Source of the DNA: Clostridiales bacterium
Lineage (GTDB): Bacteria; Bacillota; Clostridia; Peptostreptococcales; NVVX01
Direction: 5' to 3'
Assembly: GCA_021129775.1 (NCBI GenBank)
Contig: JAJOKP010000067.1
Span: 2,794 to 66,793 of the forward strand
DNA length: 64,000 nt
Under the pieces are notes generated by a model that had not been told where the DNA came from, did not search any database, and worked only from the letters and a program-made list of their open reading frames with translations. The translations under genes were made by a program, and so were the position numbers. This document shows positions 1 through 9,988 of this stretch, one piece after another (the stretch's first letter is position 1; each line of letters opens with the position of its first letter).

Positions 1-2
1 AC

Positions 3-701
3 AGCCATACACCATTATATGCGCAATTAAAAGATATTATAGTAAAGAAGATAAAAAGCGATTTATTCAAAGTAAAATCGCAAATTCCTACTGAGAAAGA
101 ATTGATGGGAGAGTATAGAGTAGGAAGAGCAACAGTTAGAAAAACTATGTCGATGTTAGAGAATGAAGGATATATCTATAAAAAAAGAGGAATAGGCACC
201 TTTGTAGCGCGTAAACAGCCAGTAGTAGGGTTTGGACCTATTATCAGCTTAACAGCTTCTCTTGAAGCAAGAGGTATTGAAACGGAGAACGTGATAATTA
301 GTAAAGGAATCATTGTGCCTGATGAAAAACTTATTAAAGATATGAAATGGAAAGAAAAAAGAAGTTGTTATCAATTAAAAAGAGTACGCAAAATTGATGA
401 GAAACCTTTAGCAATTGAAAAATCTTATTTTTCTGAAGAATTTAAAATTGTTGATGATAGATATGACTTAACCAAATCAATAGCTATGGTTTTGTTGGAA
501 GATTTAAGGTTAACGATAAAAAAAGTTGAACAAATTATTGTGCCGAGATTGCCTACAATAGAAGAACAAAGAGAACTAAATATTGGCAACGAAACACTAC
601 TTTTGGAAATAGAAAGATGGATATATGTCGAAGGTTTTGAAGAACCATATTACTATTTGAAATTTGTTATTTTAGGTGAGGCGTACAACCTAGCATTTTA
701 G
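3..701 (+). CDS. GntR/HutC-family transcriptional regulator with UTRA domain (5' end outside window)
   Basis: Frame is open from nt 3 (SHTPLYAQLKDII...IPTEKELMGEYRVGRATVRK...RGIGTFV), a typical GntR wHTH, followed by a UTRA-like region (KRVRKIDEKPLAIEKSY). Confidence 0.9.
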   Translation, partial: SHTPLYAQLKDIIVKKIKSDLFKVKSQIPTEKELMGEYRVGRATVRKTMSMLENEGYIYKKRGIGTFVARKQPVVGFGPIISLTASLEARGIETENVIISKGIIVPDEKLIKDMKWKEKRSCYQLKRVRKIDEKPLAIEKSYFSEEFKIVDDRYDLTKSIAMVLLEDLRLTIKKVEQIIVPRLPTIEEQRELNIGNETLLLEIERWIYVEGFEEPYYYLKFVILGEAYNLAF

Positions 702-719
702 AGAGAGTGTGAAATTTTA

Positions 720-747
720 AAAACTACAATATTGTAGTTTTTTTTTG
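720..747 (+). terminator. Rho-independent terminator after gntR
   Basis: aaaactacaa-tat-tgtagtttt hairpin followed by a T-run. Confidence 0.7.
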
Positions 748-835
748 CGAAAAAGAGGATATAAAAAACTAACGGAGAATACTATATTAAAGATGCAGAT
801 GTACGGACAACCGAATAATTAAGGGGCGATAAGAA

Positions 836-2542
836 GTGGAAAAAAGGATGATAAAAATACAGAGAAAAATACAACAGACTGTTTCAAAAAAAATTGTATG
901 CAAAGAGTGGCGCTCTTCAATCATATTAGAAGGTATGGTTGAAGATTGGAGCGACGTAGTAAAAGCAGGCAAAATAGCAGCTAACAAAGGCTACAAAGGT
1001 GTAGTTAACAAGATAGAAGTCAAAAATCTTCATATCCCAGAAATAAACAAACCAATAATTGCTGATAATTCACTTGATAAAACGCAAACAGATGTCTTAA
1101 CAATAGGTGGCGGAGTTATAGGTTGTGCGATAGCGAGAGAGCTTGCAAAGTGGGATGTCTCTATTTTGCTAGTTGACAAGGAAGATGATTTAGCAATGCA
1201 CACTTCTTCAAGGAATGATGGTATAATCCATCCGGGCTTGGCCGCTAATCCCAAAACAAAAAAGGCATATTATAACGTTAAAGGAAATGCAATGTATACA
1301 AAGGTTAGTGAAGAATTAGGTGTTGTATTTAGGAGAAGTGGTTCTTATGTTTTGTTTGAAAAAAGGTGGATGAAATTAGTAGCGCCATTGATAATGAAAA
1401 GAGCTAATCAAAACGGAATTAAGGGAGCTACGGTAATTGGAATGAAACGACTTCAAGAAGAAGAACCCTATCTAAACACATCAATAAAAGGTGCAATTTT
1501 TTTCCCGAGCACTGCTACAGTATCACCATATAAAATGACTATTGCATATGCTGAAAATGCTATAGCGAATGGAATAGTGCTCTCTTTGAATACAATAGTA
1601 ACAGAGATGAAAAAAGAAAGAGGGAAGATAATCTCCGTAAAAACGAATAGAGGAACAATTTATCCTAAAGTAGTAATAAATGCGTCAGGAGTATATGCAG
1701 ATAAAATAGCAAATATGGCAGATGATCAATTCTTCACTATACATCCAAGAAAAGGTGAAATTGCTTTAATGGATAAAAAGAAAGGCTATTTACTAAATTC
1801 AATTGTTGGCAAGTTTAATCTAGGGCATTCAAAATGTATTACAAAAGGCGGGGGATTAGTTAAAACAATAGAAGGAAATATTCTTACTGGACCTAATGCA
1901 TATGAACAGCCTTATAGAGAAGACTTTACAACGAATAGGGATAGTTTTGAGCTGATGGTAAATAAACTTATTGATACAGTTCCTAAACTTTCACCTGGTG
2001 ATATTATTACTTATATGGCAGGGATTAGAGCTGCTACCTATGAAGAAGATTTTATTGTTGAAAAATCAGAGTATGTAAGTAATCTCGTACATGCAGCAGG
2101 AATACAATCACCTGGGCTTGCATCTGCACCAGCAATTGCAGAAGAAATTGAACGATTAGCACTAGAGTCATTAAGTGAAACAAAAGACATTAAGCGTAAA
2201 GAGAAATGGAATGCTAGAAGAAAAAAAGATAAACAGTTGAGTATTATGAGTTTGCCAGAAAGAAAGAGAATAATTAATATTAATTCAGATTATGGAGAAA
2301 TAGTGTGTAGATGTGAAGAAGTTAGTAAAGGCGAAATAATTGATGCAATAAATTCACCTATTGCTGTTAAAACGGTTGATGCAGTAAAAAGACGTACTAG
2401 AGCAGGAATGGGAAGATGTCAAGGAGGATTTTGTATGCCTCTTGTGATTAAAATAATTGAAGAAAATACCGACCTGGAGATGACTGAAATAACAAAAAAA
2501 GGAAAAGACTCTGCAGTGTTAAAAGAAGAAACAAAAACTTAA
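836..2542 (+). CDS. FAD-dependent oxidoreductase (GlpA/LhgO-like) with N-terminal BON-like extension and C-terminal BFD-like [2Fe-2S] domain
   Basis: IGGGVIG dinucleotide motif, TSSRNDGIIH, GIQSPGLASAPAIA; C-terminal CRCE...RAGMGRCQGGFC. Confidence 0.85.
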   Translation: MEKRMIKIQRKIQQTVSKKIVCKEWRSSIILEGMVEDWSDVVKAGKIAANKGYKGVVNKIEVKNLHIPEINKPIIADNSLDKTQTDVLTIGGGVIGCAIARELAKWDVSILLVDKEDDLAMHTSSRNDGIIHPGLAANPKTKKAYYNVKGNAMYTKVSEELGVVFRRSGSYVLFEKRWMKLVAPLIMKRANQNGIKGATVIGMKRLQEEEPYLNTSIKGAIFFPSTATVSPYKMTIAYAENAIANGIVLSLNTIVTEMKKERGKIISVKTNRGTIYPKVVINASGVYADKIANMADDQFFTIHPRKGEIALMDKKKGYLLNSIVGKFNLGHSKCITKGGGLVKTIEGNILTGPNAYEQPYREDFTTNRDSFELMVNKLIDTVPKLSPGDIITYMAGIRAATYEEDFIVEKSEYVSNLVHAAGIQSPGLASAPAIAEEIERLALESLSETKDIKRKEKWNARRKKDKQLSIMSLPERKRIININSDYGEIVCRCEEVSKGEIIDAINSPIAVKTVDAVKRRTRAGMGRCQGGFCMPLVIKIIEENTDLEMTEITKKGKDSAVLKEETKT

Positions 2543-2611
2543 GTCACAGCTTTGTACTGTATATACTACGTGCTAGCGTGAAAGTATTATGAAAAAGTCG
2601 ATACATTGGCT

Positions 2612-2679
2612 CCCTGAGCCCGTTCGACTCGCAAGCTTGCTCTCAGGGTAAACTCTACTGCTGTGAGTCGAGTGGGCCT
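2612..2679. repeat. Palindromic intergenic repeat, GTCA(C/T)CCTGAGCG...GTCGAA family (copy 1)
   Basis: cccgttcgactcgcaagcttgctctcagggt is the near reverse complement of 7325-7355. Confidence 0.7.
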
Positions 2680-2726
2680 CGTATGAGGCTTTATACACTA
2701 CGTACCTAGGGAAGGAGTTTAAAGTA

Positions 2727-3980
2727 ATGTATGATGTAGTAATTCTTGGAGCAGGACCTGCAGGATTAGCAGCAGGGATAGAAGCGCATAAAAAAGGAGC
2801 AAACACATTAATAATAGAAAGAGAAAATCGACTTGGCGGAATTTTAAAGCAGTGTATTCACGATGGGTTTGGCTTAATACGTTTTAAAGAAAGGCTTACT
2901 GGTCCTGAATATGCCAATAGATATATTAAGATGGCAAAAAAAGAAGGACTTGAAACTCTGACTTCAACCTTCGTTTCGCATATCAAAAAAGGAAAAGGGG
3001 TGTTCTACTTAGAAGCTGTCAACTCGGAGTGTGGAATAACTAGCATTGAAGCAAAAACAGTAATCTTGGCGAATGGCTGCAGAGAAAGAACTGCTAAACA
3101 AGTACATATTCACGGTTCAAGACCATCTGGTATCTATACTGCAGGATTGGCTCAGTATTTTGTTAATGTTTTTGGATATTTACCGTGTAAGAAATGTGTT
3201 ATTTTAGGAAGCGGAGATATTGGACTAATTATGGCACGCAGGCTAACGCTTGAAGGAGCAGAAGTAAAGGGTGTATATGAAGTGAAATCAACAGTATCAG
3301 GACTAACTAGAAATGTTGCTCAATGTTTAGATGATTATAATATCCCCCTGCATTTATCACACACTATAACTAAAGTGATAGGTGACGAGAGGGTCGAAGC
3401 AGTAGAAATATGCGAAGTGGATCAAAATATGAACCCGATTAAAGGAACAGAAAAAAAAGTTGAGTGTGACGGCGTGATTTTATCTGTAGGGTTAATACCT
3501 GAGAACGAAGTAGCAGAATCTCTTGATGTATGCTTAGATCCTGCGACAAAAGGTCCTTTAGTAGACCAGAATTTTATGAGTTTGATTGAAGGAGTATACT
3601 CATGTGGTAATGCTTTGCATGTTAATGACTTAGTCGACTATGTGTCAGAGAGCGGAGAGTACACAGGAAATAGTGCTGCTGAATATTCAAAGAGAAGCAT
3701 AAAAAAAGAAAGAAAACTAGTGAGGGTGAAAAAATCAAACGATATTTTATATGTGGTACCGCAGTATATAGATATTAACTCAACTAGCAAAAAAATAGTG
3801 TTGTATTTTAGAGTGAAAGAAAAAAGAGAAAAAGTAGTTATATGTTTTAAACTAAATAGAGAAACAATTTTTACCAAGAAGTATAAGTACTTGAATCCGC
3901 TTGAAATGGAGAGAATCGAGATTGAATTGGAGTTATACGATTTAACGGAGAATGATAAATTTGAGTTTGCAATAGAATAA
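2727..3980 (+). CDS. FAD/NAD(P)-dependent pyridine nucleotide-disulfide oxidoreductase
   Basis: GAGPAGLAA, GGILKQCIHDGFG, GSGDIGLIMARR; usual partner of GlpA-like and DUF1667 genes. Confidence 0.85.
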   Translation: MYDVVILGAGPAGLAAGIEAHKKGANTLIIERENRLGGILKQCIHDGFGLIRFKERLTGPEYANRYIKMAKKEGLETLTSTFVSHIKKGKGVFYLEAVNSECGITSIEAKTVILANGCRERTAKQVHIHGSRPSGIYTAGLAQYFVNVFGYLPCKKCVILGSGDIGLIMARRLTLEGAEVKGVYEVKSTVSGLTRNVAQCLDDYNIPLHLSHTITKVIGDERVEAVEICEVDQNMNPIKGTEKKVECDGVILSVGLIPENEVAESLDVCLDPATKGPLVDQNFMSLIEGVYSCGNALHVNDLVDYVSESGEYTGNSAAEYSKRSIKKERKLVRVKKSNDILYVVPQYIDINSTSKKIVLYFRVKEKREKVVICFKLNRETIFTKKYKYLNPLEMERIEIELELYDLTENDKFEFAIE

Positions 3981-4014
3981 GTAGAGCAAAAAGTTTTATG
4001 AAAAGCTGCTCCCT

Positions 4015-4042
4015 TGTCATCCTGAGCGGAGTCGAAGGATCT
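4015..4042. repeat. Palindromic intergenic repeat, same family (copy 2)
   Basis: tgtcatcctgagcggagtcgaaggatct, enclosed by an imperfect inverted repeat at about 3980-4083. Confidence 0.7.
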
Positions 4043-4098
4043 CGTACTTTAATTCAATACTGAGTTGAAACTTTTGTCGCTACCACAATAATGGAGGA

Positions 4099-4488
4099 GT
4101 GGTCATGAGAGAAATAATATGTATAGCATGTCCAGTTGGTTGTAAGCTGAAAGTGAAGCATAAAGGTGAGTTGAAAGGCCAATGGATAATTGAAGGTAAT
4201 CTATGTGAGAAAGGGATTGAATTTGCCAAGAACGAGCTAACAAATCCCACAAGAGTGATTTGCTCAACAGTAAAAACTACATTTAAAGAATTGCCTAGAT
4301 TACCAGTTAGAACAGATGGCGAGATTGCAAAAGAATTAATCTTTGAAGTTATGAAAGAAATAAATGCAATCGTATTAGACTACCATGTGGAATGTAGCGA
4401 TATTGTTTTAAGGAATGTTTTGAATACAGGAGTTAATATAATTGCAACTATGGATATGTTAGATGCTAAAAATGAGAAAAGGGGATGA
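4099..4488 (+). CDS. DUF1667 family CxxC metal-binding protein
   Basis: CIACPVGC...GNLCEKG...PTRVICSTV...LPVRT. Confidence 0.85.
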   Translation: MVMREIICIACPVGCKLKVKHKGELKGQWIIEGNLCEKGIEFAKNELTNPTRVICSTVKTTFKELPRLPVRTDGEIAKELIFEVMKEINAIVLDYHVECSDIVLRNVLNTGVNIIATMDMLDAKNEKRG

Positions 4489-4493
4489 AATAA

Positions 4494-6221
4494 ATGTCAA
4501 AAGAATATAAGGATTTTAAACCAAACTGGGACAGCGAACAAGCACCTAAAGGTAGTTATAGAAGTATTTACAGATGGGGCGATACTAACGTATCCAAAGA
4601 ACCAAATGAAATGTTATATAAATTGATGAAAAAGACCTTTAACTTGACAGATGAGGATTTTAAACAAAAGAAAAAACTAGGATTAGAGAAAGTTGTAATA
4701 AACGTACCCATTGCGTTAGATGAAAAACAAATAGAAGTATTTAAAGAAATTGTAGGGGACGAAAATGTAAAAACGGATGACTACTCAAGAGTTGAGGTGG
4801 CATACGGGAAGACCCTGTTTGACTCTCTAAGACTAAGAGAAAAGAAAATTGAGAACATTCCTGATGCGGTACTATATCCAAGAAATAGAGAAGATATCAT
4901 TAATATAGTAGAGTACTGCAACAAAGAACTAATCCCAGTATATGTTTTTGGTGGTGGTTCAACAGTTACTCGTGGAACAGAAGCGGTAAAAGGTGGAGTA
5001 ACTATGGATATGCGCGCGCATTTTAATAAAGTTATAAAGTTTAATGAAGTAGACCAGACAATTACTGTAGAGGCTGGGATGGATGGACCAAAACTCGAAG
5101 AAACACTTAACAACGCAAAAAAACTATTTGGCGCAAAACGAGCTTATACTTGTGGGCATTTTCCACAATCATTTGAATTTTCGACAGTTGGGGGTTGGGT
5201 AGTTACAAGAGGGGCAGGGCAAAACTCCACTTATTTCGGCAAAATTGAAGATATAGTTTTGCAACAAGAATACGTGACGCCTATAGGGATTATCAAAAGC
5301 GACCCATTTCCAGCACAAGCGTCAGGACCTTCAATTGACCAAATTATGATTGGAAGTGAAGGTGCATATGGAATACTGACACATGTAACACTTAAAGTGT
5401 TTAGACATATGCCAGAAAACCAAAGAAAATTTAGCTATATTTTTAAAAATTGGACAGATGCACAAAATGCAGCAAGAGAAATTATGCAAGGGCAATTTGG
5501 TTTTCCATCGGTATTTAGATTATCAGACCCCGAGGAAACAGATGTAATGCTTAAACTATACGGCGTTGAAGGCACTATTCTTGATAAAGGAATGTCACTA
5601 AAAGGGTATAAACCTATGGAAAGATGTTTATTCTTAGGCTTTACAGATGGAGAAACAGAATTTACTAAAAACATTAAAAAACAATTGCATAGAGTGTGTA
5701 AAAAATATGGTGCAATGTACCTAACGGGCTATCCAGTGAAAGAGTGGGAAAAAGGAAGGTTCAAAGATCCATACTTAAGAGAAGCACTTGTAGACTTTGG
5801 TATCATGATTGACACACTGGAATGTTCTGTCACTTGGGATACAATGGGGCAAGTTCATAAAGATGTTAGAACGTTTTGCAAGAGTAGACCAAATACAATT
5901 TGCATGACGCATATGTCACATGTGTATCCACAGGGAGCAAATCTCTACTTCATTTTTATTTCAAAAATAGATAATATCAAAGAGTGCGTAGACTATCAGC
6001 AAGGTATTTTAGATAATATCCAAAAAGCTGGTGCATCAATGAGTCACCACCATGGCATAGGCAAAATGTTCGCTCCATGGCTCGAAGATTCAATAGGAAA
6101 GAATCAACTGGATATTTTTAAGGCATTAAAAAAACATTTTGACCCAAATAATATAATGAACCCAGGTGGTACACTGGCACTTGATTTATCTGTTGAGGAC
6201 AAGAGAATAAGAAAGTATTAA
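4494..6221 (+). CDS. FAD-binding oxidoreductase, alkyldihydroxyacetonephosphate synthase-like (VAO/PCMH family)
   Basis: FGGGSTV, GHFPQSFEFSTVGGW, GSEGAYG, HMSHVYPQGANLYF, SHHHGIGK, DPNNIMNPG. Confidence 0.85.
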   Translation: MSKEYKDFKPNWDSEQAPKGSYRSIYRWGDTNVSKEPNEMLYKLMKKTFNLTDEDFKQKKKLGLEKVVINVPIALDEKQIEVFKEIVGDENVKTDDYSRVEVAYGKTLFDSLRLREKKIENIPDAVLYPRNREDIINIVEYCNKELIPVYVFGGGSTVTRGTEAVKGGVTMDMRAHFNKVIKFNEVDQTITVEAGMDGPKLEETLNNAKKLFGAKRAYTCGHFPQSFEFSTVGGWVVTRGAGQNSTYFGKIEDIVLQQEYVTPIGIIKSDPFPAQASGPSIDQIMIGSEGAYGILTHVTLKVFRHMPENQRKFSYIFKNWTDAQNAAREIMQGQFGFPSVFRLSDPEETDVMLKLYGVEGTILDKGMSLKGYKPMERCLFLGFTDGETEFTKNIKKQLHRVCKKYGAMYLTGYPVKEWEKGRFKDPYLREALVDFGIMIDTLECSVTWDTMGQVHKDVRTFCKSRPNTICMTHMSHVYPQGANLYFIFISKIDNIKECVDYQQGILDNIQKAGASMSHHHGIGKMFAPWLEDSIGKNQLDIFKALKKHFDPNNIMNPGGTLALDLSVEDKRIRKY

Positions 6222-6331
6222 GAAGGAAATCAAGTATAAGCATTTGTTGCTGATAAATTAGGTGTTAAAGTGTAGAGGAACACAATAACCGTTAATTTGA
6301 TTGCGCAAAAATTTAAATTTATGAAGATAAA

Positions 6332-6772
6332 TCATATTGTTTTTAAAAACAATACGATTTGTTGGATATATTTCCTAAAATCATCTAGATCATTTTTCAA
6401 AATTTCATACACATCTTCAATCGCTACATCATAGTACAGATGAACAATTCGATTTCTGAATTTAGTCATCAGTATGTATTTATTCGTGCTCTTTTTGTCT
6501 AAAATACTTTCTTCTTGCAATGTTAAAAAAGAATCTCTACTAGTGACTGGGGTTTTTAACCTCAATCTAGCAATGATATGATTTGCTATATCTAACATGG
6601 CTTCAATTGAGACTTGCAAAAGGTGCTTAGCAGTCTCAACATTTCTAAAATCCGTAATAAACACATCAAACTCAATTTTCTTAAGCATCTCTAATTTCCT
6701 GAGATTATCTTCAATTAACTGAATCTTCAATCTAATTTTTTCCTTGTCAAAAATTCCATTATTCACTATCAT
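6332..6772 (-). CDS. hepT: HepT (DUF86, HEPN) RNase toxin
   Basis: FRNRIVHLY matches the RX4HXY HEPN motif. Confidence 0.85.
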   Translation of the reverse strand: MIVNNGIFDKEKIRLKIQLIEDNLRKLEMLKKIEFDVFITDFRNVETAKHLLQVSIEAMLDIANHIIARLRLKTPVTSRDSFLTLQEESILDKKSTNKYILMTKFRNRIVHLYYDVAIEDVYEILKNDLDDFRKYIQQIVLFLKTI

Positions 6773-7193
6773 ATACCTCCTCTAATGCATAGTCATAGTC
6801 TTTATTAAAAATATCTAATGTGATTCTATAATCATTGTAATATTTCAACATATTCTCTACGTAATCGCAAGTTTTAATATAGTTTTTTTCATACAAAAGC
6901 CGCCCTTCGGAAATCGCCTTCATTTGAAGATTTAGAGGAGCTTTATTTAAGTTTACCAAATCTATCTTTTCAACAGTCAATATTTTAGAAATAGCAACTA
7001 AAACTTCGCATTCTTCTAAAATACTTACGCTACAGTTAAAAAGAACAGCAAAATCTATATCACTAATTGCAGTATAGTAAGGTGTTAGATAAGATCCGAA
7101 AAGAAAAACAACTTCTATTTTGTCATTTTCTTTAAAGTAGTTATCTAATTTTTTGATATTATCCTTAATTAAAAATTTCCTCATAAATATCAC
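6759..7193 (-). CDS. mntA: MntA minimal nucleotidyltransferase antitoxin (type VII TA)
   Basis: LFGS...SDIDFAV; overlaps the hepT start. Confidence 0.85.
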   Translation of the reverse strand: MIFMRKFLIKDNIKKLDNYFKENDKIEVVFLFGSYLTPYYTAISDIDFAVLFNCSVSILEECEVLVAISKILTVEKIDLVNLNKAPLNLQMKAISEGRLLYEKNYIKTCDYVENMLKYYNDYRITLDIFNKDYDYALEEVYDSE

Positions 7194-7320
7194 CTAATAC
7201 AATATTATCATATTTCGTTCCTATTATCACCGATTTTTTATAAAATAGCGGTAAATTTTTTTTCTTGCTTCATCTGAATAGCAACTCATTTTGGTTACTG
7301 TTTAGGGGATACCCACTCGC

Positions 7321-7472
7321 TGTCACCCTGAGCGAGCTTTTGCGAGTCGAACGGGTCTGCACCTTCGTCAAACCAATTTAATATTTCTTTTTTTGCTTGA
7401 TTATCTATTTTTGAGACCCATTCGACTCACTGCGTTCGCTCAGGGTGACATGTTGAGGGGCGTTCGCTCAGG
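7321..7472. repeat. Inverted doublet of the GTCACCCTGAGCG...GTCGAA repeat plus a partial extra arm
   Basis: 7321-7358 tgtcaccctgagcgag...gagtcgaacgggtct pairs with 7414-7450 agacccattcgactc...cgctcagggtgaca; gcgttcgctcagg recurs at 7460-7472. Confidence 0.8.
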
Positions 7473-7670
7473 CTATTCGATACATATTTCGCCTCTGAAC
7501 AGTAACAATGCTTTTATTGCGAAATAACAATTTATGATATACAATAATGGTAATGATTACAGGCTTTCTATGGGTGAATCATATTATTGATACTCATAGC
7601 GACATCTATTATTTCAGAAGAAGCGAAATAATAAATTGACTAACAACAAACTGAAAAGGGAGTGTTTTAA

Positions 7671-8150
7671 GTGTTTAAATGGATAATAGGAATAATATCT
7701 GTAGTATTGATTATTGTGATAGGAGTTTTTGGTTATGTTGCATACACAACTATTACTGCAGTACCAACAACAGTAGAAGAATTTCAGATATTGCTTTTTG
7801 AGAAGATTGATGGTCACTTTGAGGAAATTGAAATCCCGCAGTATTTACAATCCGAATTTATTGCAAAATCAACTGCAAAGAGAGTAACTATTACTGCTGA
7901 ACCAGTAGATCTTATTATGCTCGAATTTGATACGAATGTAAACGCAAAGAATGTATTTGATGCAGCAAAAAATGAAACAGCTAGCTTTGGATCGGGTACC
8001 GTACTCGACATCGGTCTTATTGATTTGCATTTTAAATCTCATACGAATGATGGTTATAGATATATTTTGCTAAATAGAGGAAGTAATTTGATATCAATTA
8101 GATCGAAAGACAATAATTTTGTTGGAGATTTGTTGAACTTGTTGTGGTAA
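7671..8150 (+). CDS. Hypothetical membrane-anchored protein
   Basis: RBS aaggggag, N-terminal hydrophobic helix, no recognised motif. Confidence 0.7.
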   Translation: MFKWIIGIISVVLIIVIGVFGYVAYTTITAVPTTVEEFQILLFEKIDGHFEEIEIPQYLQSEFIAKSTAKRVTITAEPVDLIMLEFDTNVNAKNVFDAAKNETASFGSGTVLDIGLIDLHFKSHTNDGYRYILLNRGSNLISIRSKDNNFVGDLLNLLW

Positions 8151-8293
8151 TAATGAGAGTGAGTGGATTTGAAAATTTTGGAGGATTTTAATAATTTTCC
8201 GATAATTTTTTTAATACAATAGCAGGACATGTCACCATTAGAGTAGAAAGTAATTTGGTAATAGGGACTTCAAATTATTACGAAGGAGGATAT

Positions 8294-9034
8294 ATGTTAA
8301 TAATTAAAAACACAGCAAATAGTTTAGGTGTTTCAATTGCAGGTGATTATAATGACTTTGAACAATTATATAATGCATTACATAATATTGTAGGGGAAGA
8401 AGAGTATGGCAATTACGAGGGCTCTAGGCTTAGAGTTCTTGGGCTTTGTCATGATATTAGACATGCAATGCAAGGTGATCGTGAATATGAAATGGTGAGT
8501 AATGGGATTGATGAAGAAATTATGAAATTTAATAGTAGGATTATGCCTATAAACAACGTATACCTAAAAATCAATTCTTTTTGGCCAGAAATTCTCTATA
8601 TTCAGATGGTTTTAAATGATTTTGTTACGCTATATATTCAGGAGCAAGGAGGTTTTAAACGATCAAGTTCTTTCAGGGAGATTTGGGACAGGAACATTTC
8701 AACGGTTAGGAATCTGCAAGCTTCTGTAAATGAATGCATTAAAGAGACAATTCCTAAAGCGAAATATAATCGAATTATCTATAACATGACAAGTATCCAT
8801 AATTCATTTAGGGGTTATGCAACGCAGTATCTTGATGAGTTAAATCTAAAATTTATAAACATGTCACCCCAAAAAAGAAAGGACAATATTTCAATTATGG
8901 CAAAGAGATTGTTTGAACAAGGTGAAGAATACAAAAGACTAAAAAAAGATTTGATTATGGCTTCAAAAAAGCACGATTGTTCAGTTTTGCAGTTAATGAT
9001 AGATCTTAATTATCCCGAAGAGGTGAAATGGTAG
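8294..9034 (+). CDS. Conserved Firmicutes hypothetical protein (DUF6904-like)
   Basis: RBS gaaggagg before ATG 8294; GVSIAGDYNDFEQLY...RVLGLCHDIRHAMQGDRE. Confidence 0.65.
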   Translation: MLIIKNTANSLGVSIAGDYNDFEQLYNALHNIVGEEEYGNYEGSRLRVLGLCHDIRHAMQGDREYEMVSNGIDEEIMKFNSRIMPINNVYLKINSFWPEILYIQMVLNDFVTLYIQEQGGFKRSSSFREIWDRNISTVRNLQASVNECIKETIPKAKYNRIIYNMTSIHNSFRGYATQYLDELNLKFINMSPQKRKDNISIMAKRLFEQGEEYKRLKKDLIMASKKHDCSVLQLMIDLNYPEEVKW

Positions 9035-9099
9035 ATGGGAAAAAAGAATATGAAAAATATTAAGCTGAGGTGATAAGCGGGTTAAAAAATACTAATGTG

Positions 9100-9120
9100 G
9101 CAAACAAAACGTCCCCTTGC
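9100..9120. repeat. GGGGACGGTT-type REP-like palindrome (degenerate)
   Basis: gcaaacaaaacgtccccttgc; related to copies at 20209, 39798, 52087-52166 and 54495-54577. Confidence 0.5.
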
Positions 9121-9143
9121 ACGCTATTTGAAAAATGAATCAG

Positions 9144-9178
9144 TTGACATTTCATGCAATACACTGTACAATGTGTAT
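9144..9178 (+). promoter_or_regulatory. sigmaA promoter of vapBC with overlapping operator palindrome
   Basis: TTGACA-17nt-TACAAT; inverted repeat atacac-N8-gtgtat lies over the -10. Confidence 0.7.
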
Positions 9179-9193
9179 ATGGAGGTGTATAAA

Positions 9194-9394
9194 TTGAGGA
9201 CCAATATTTTAATTGATGATGAAATGATGGAGCAAGCTATGAAACTTTCTGGACTGACTACAAAAAAAGATGTAGTCAACAAAGCACTATATGAGTTTAT
9301 TCAGCGTGCCAAACGTAAGAATTTAGCTGAATTGCAAGGCGAAATTCAGTTTACTGATGACTACAACTACAAAGATATGAGAAGAGGACGTTAA
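9194..9394 (+). CDS. vapB: VapB antitoxin (DUF2191 type)
   Basis: RBS ggaggtg then TTG; RTNILIDDEMMEQAMKLSGLTTKKDVVNKAL. Confidence 0.85.
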   Translation: MRTNILIDDEMMEQAMKLSGLTTKKDVVNKALYEFIQRAKRKNLAELQGEIQFTDDYNYKDMRRGR

Positions 9395-9395
9395 C

Positions 9396-9806
9396 ATGAT
9401 TTTAGTTGATACTTCTGTCCTTATAGATTTTTTAAAAGGACATATAAACGAAAAAACTGAATTATTTAACAAAATTCTCTTTAGGGATGTTCCATTTGGC
9501 ATTTCTACCTATACTTATCAAGAAGTTTTGCAAGGAGCAAAAGATAAAGTGGAGTTGGAAAAACTTAAAGAGTATCTTTCCACGCAATTTATATACTATT
9601 TGAATCAAGAAACTGCTACTTATGAGAGAGCAGCTATGTTGTTTTTTAATTTGAGGCGCAAAGGAATTACTCCTAGAAGCACTATAGATATATTAATTGC
9701 GTTGACAGCAATTGAGAGTAGATTGGTACTGTTGCATAGTGATCGTGACTTTGACATAATGGCTAGACATGTGCCAGAATTAAAAATACTGAATACCTTT
9801 TTTTAG
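9396..9806 (+). CDS. vapC: VapC PIN-domain toxin
   Basis: ILVDTSVLID...EVLQG...STIDILIA...LLHSDRDF. Confidence 0.9.
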   Translation: MILVDTSVLIDFLKGHINEKTELFNKILFRDVPFGISTYTYQEVLQGAKDKVELEKLKEYLSTQFIYYLNQETATYERAAMLFFNLRRKGITPRSTIDILIALTAIESRLVLLHSDRDFDIMARHVPELKILNTFF

Positions 9807-9864
9807 GTGCATAGTATTTTTAAGGCATCTATATTTACATATACATCTTATTACCATGCTACAG

Positions 9865-9894
9865 AAAAGCCTCTGTTCAATCACAGAGGCTTTT
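9865..9894. terminator. Bidirectional terminator between vapC and pdxT
   Basis: aaaagcctctg-N-cagaggctttt hairpin. Confidence 0.7.
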
Positions 9895-9988
9895 GGTAAT
9901 CAATTATTCGCATCATTATAATAGAATCTCCGAATCTAATTTACGGGTATATCTGCTGCAAGAAGCACGTTGGCAGGCATAAAGACCG

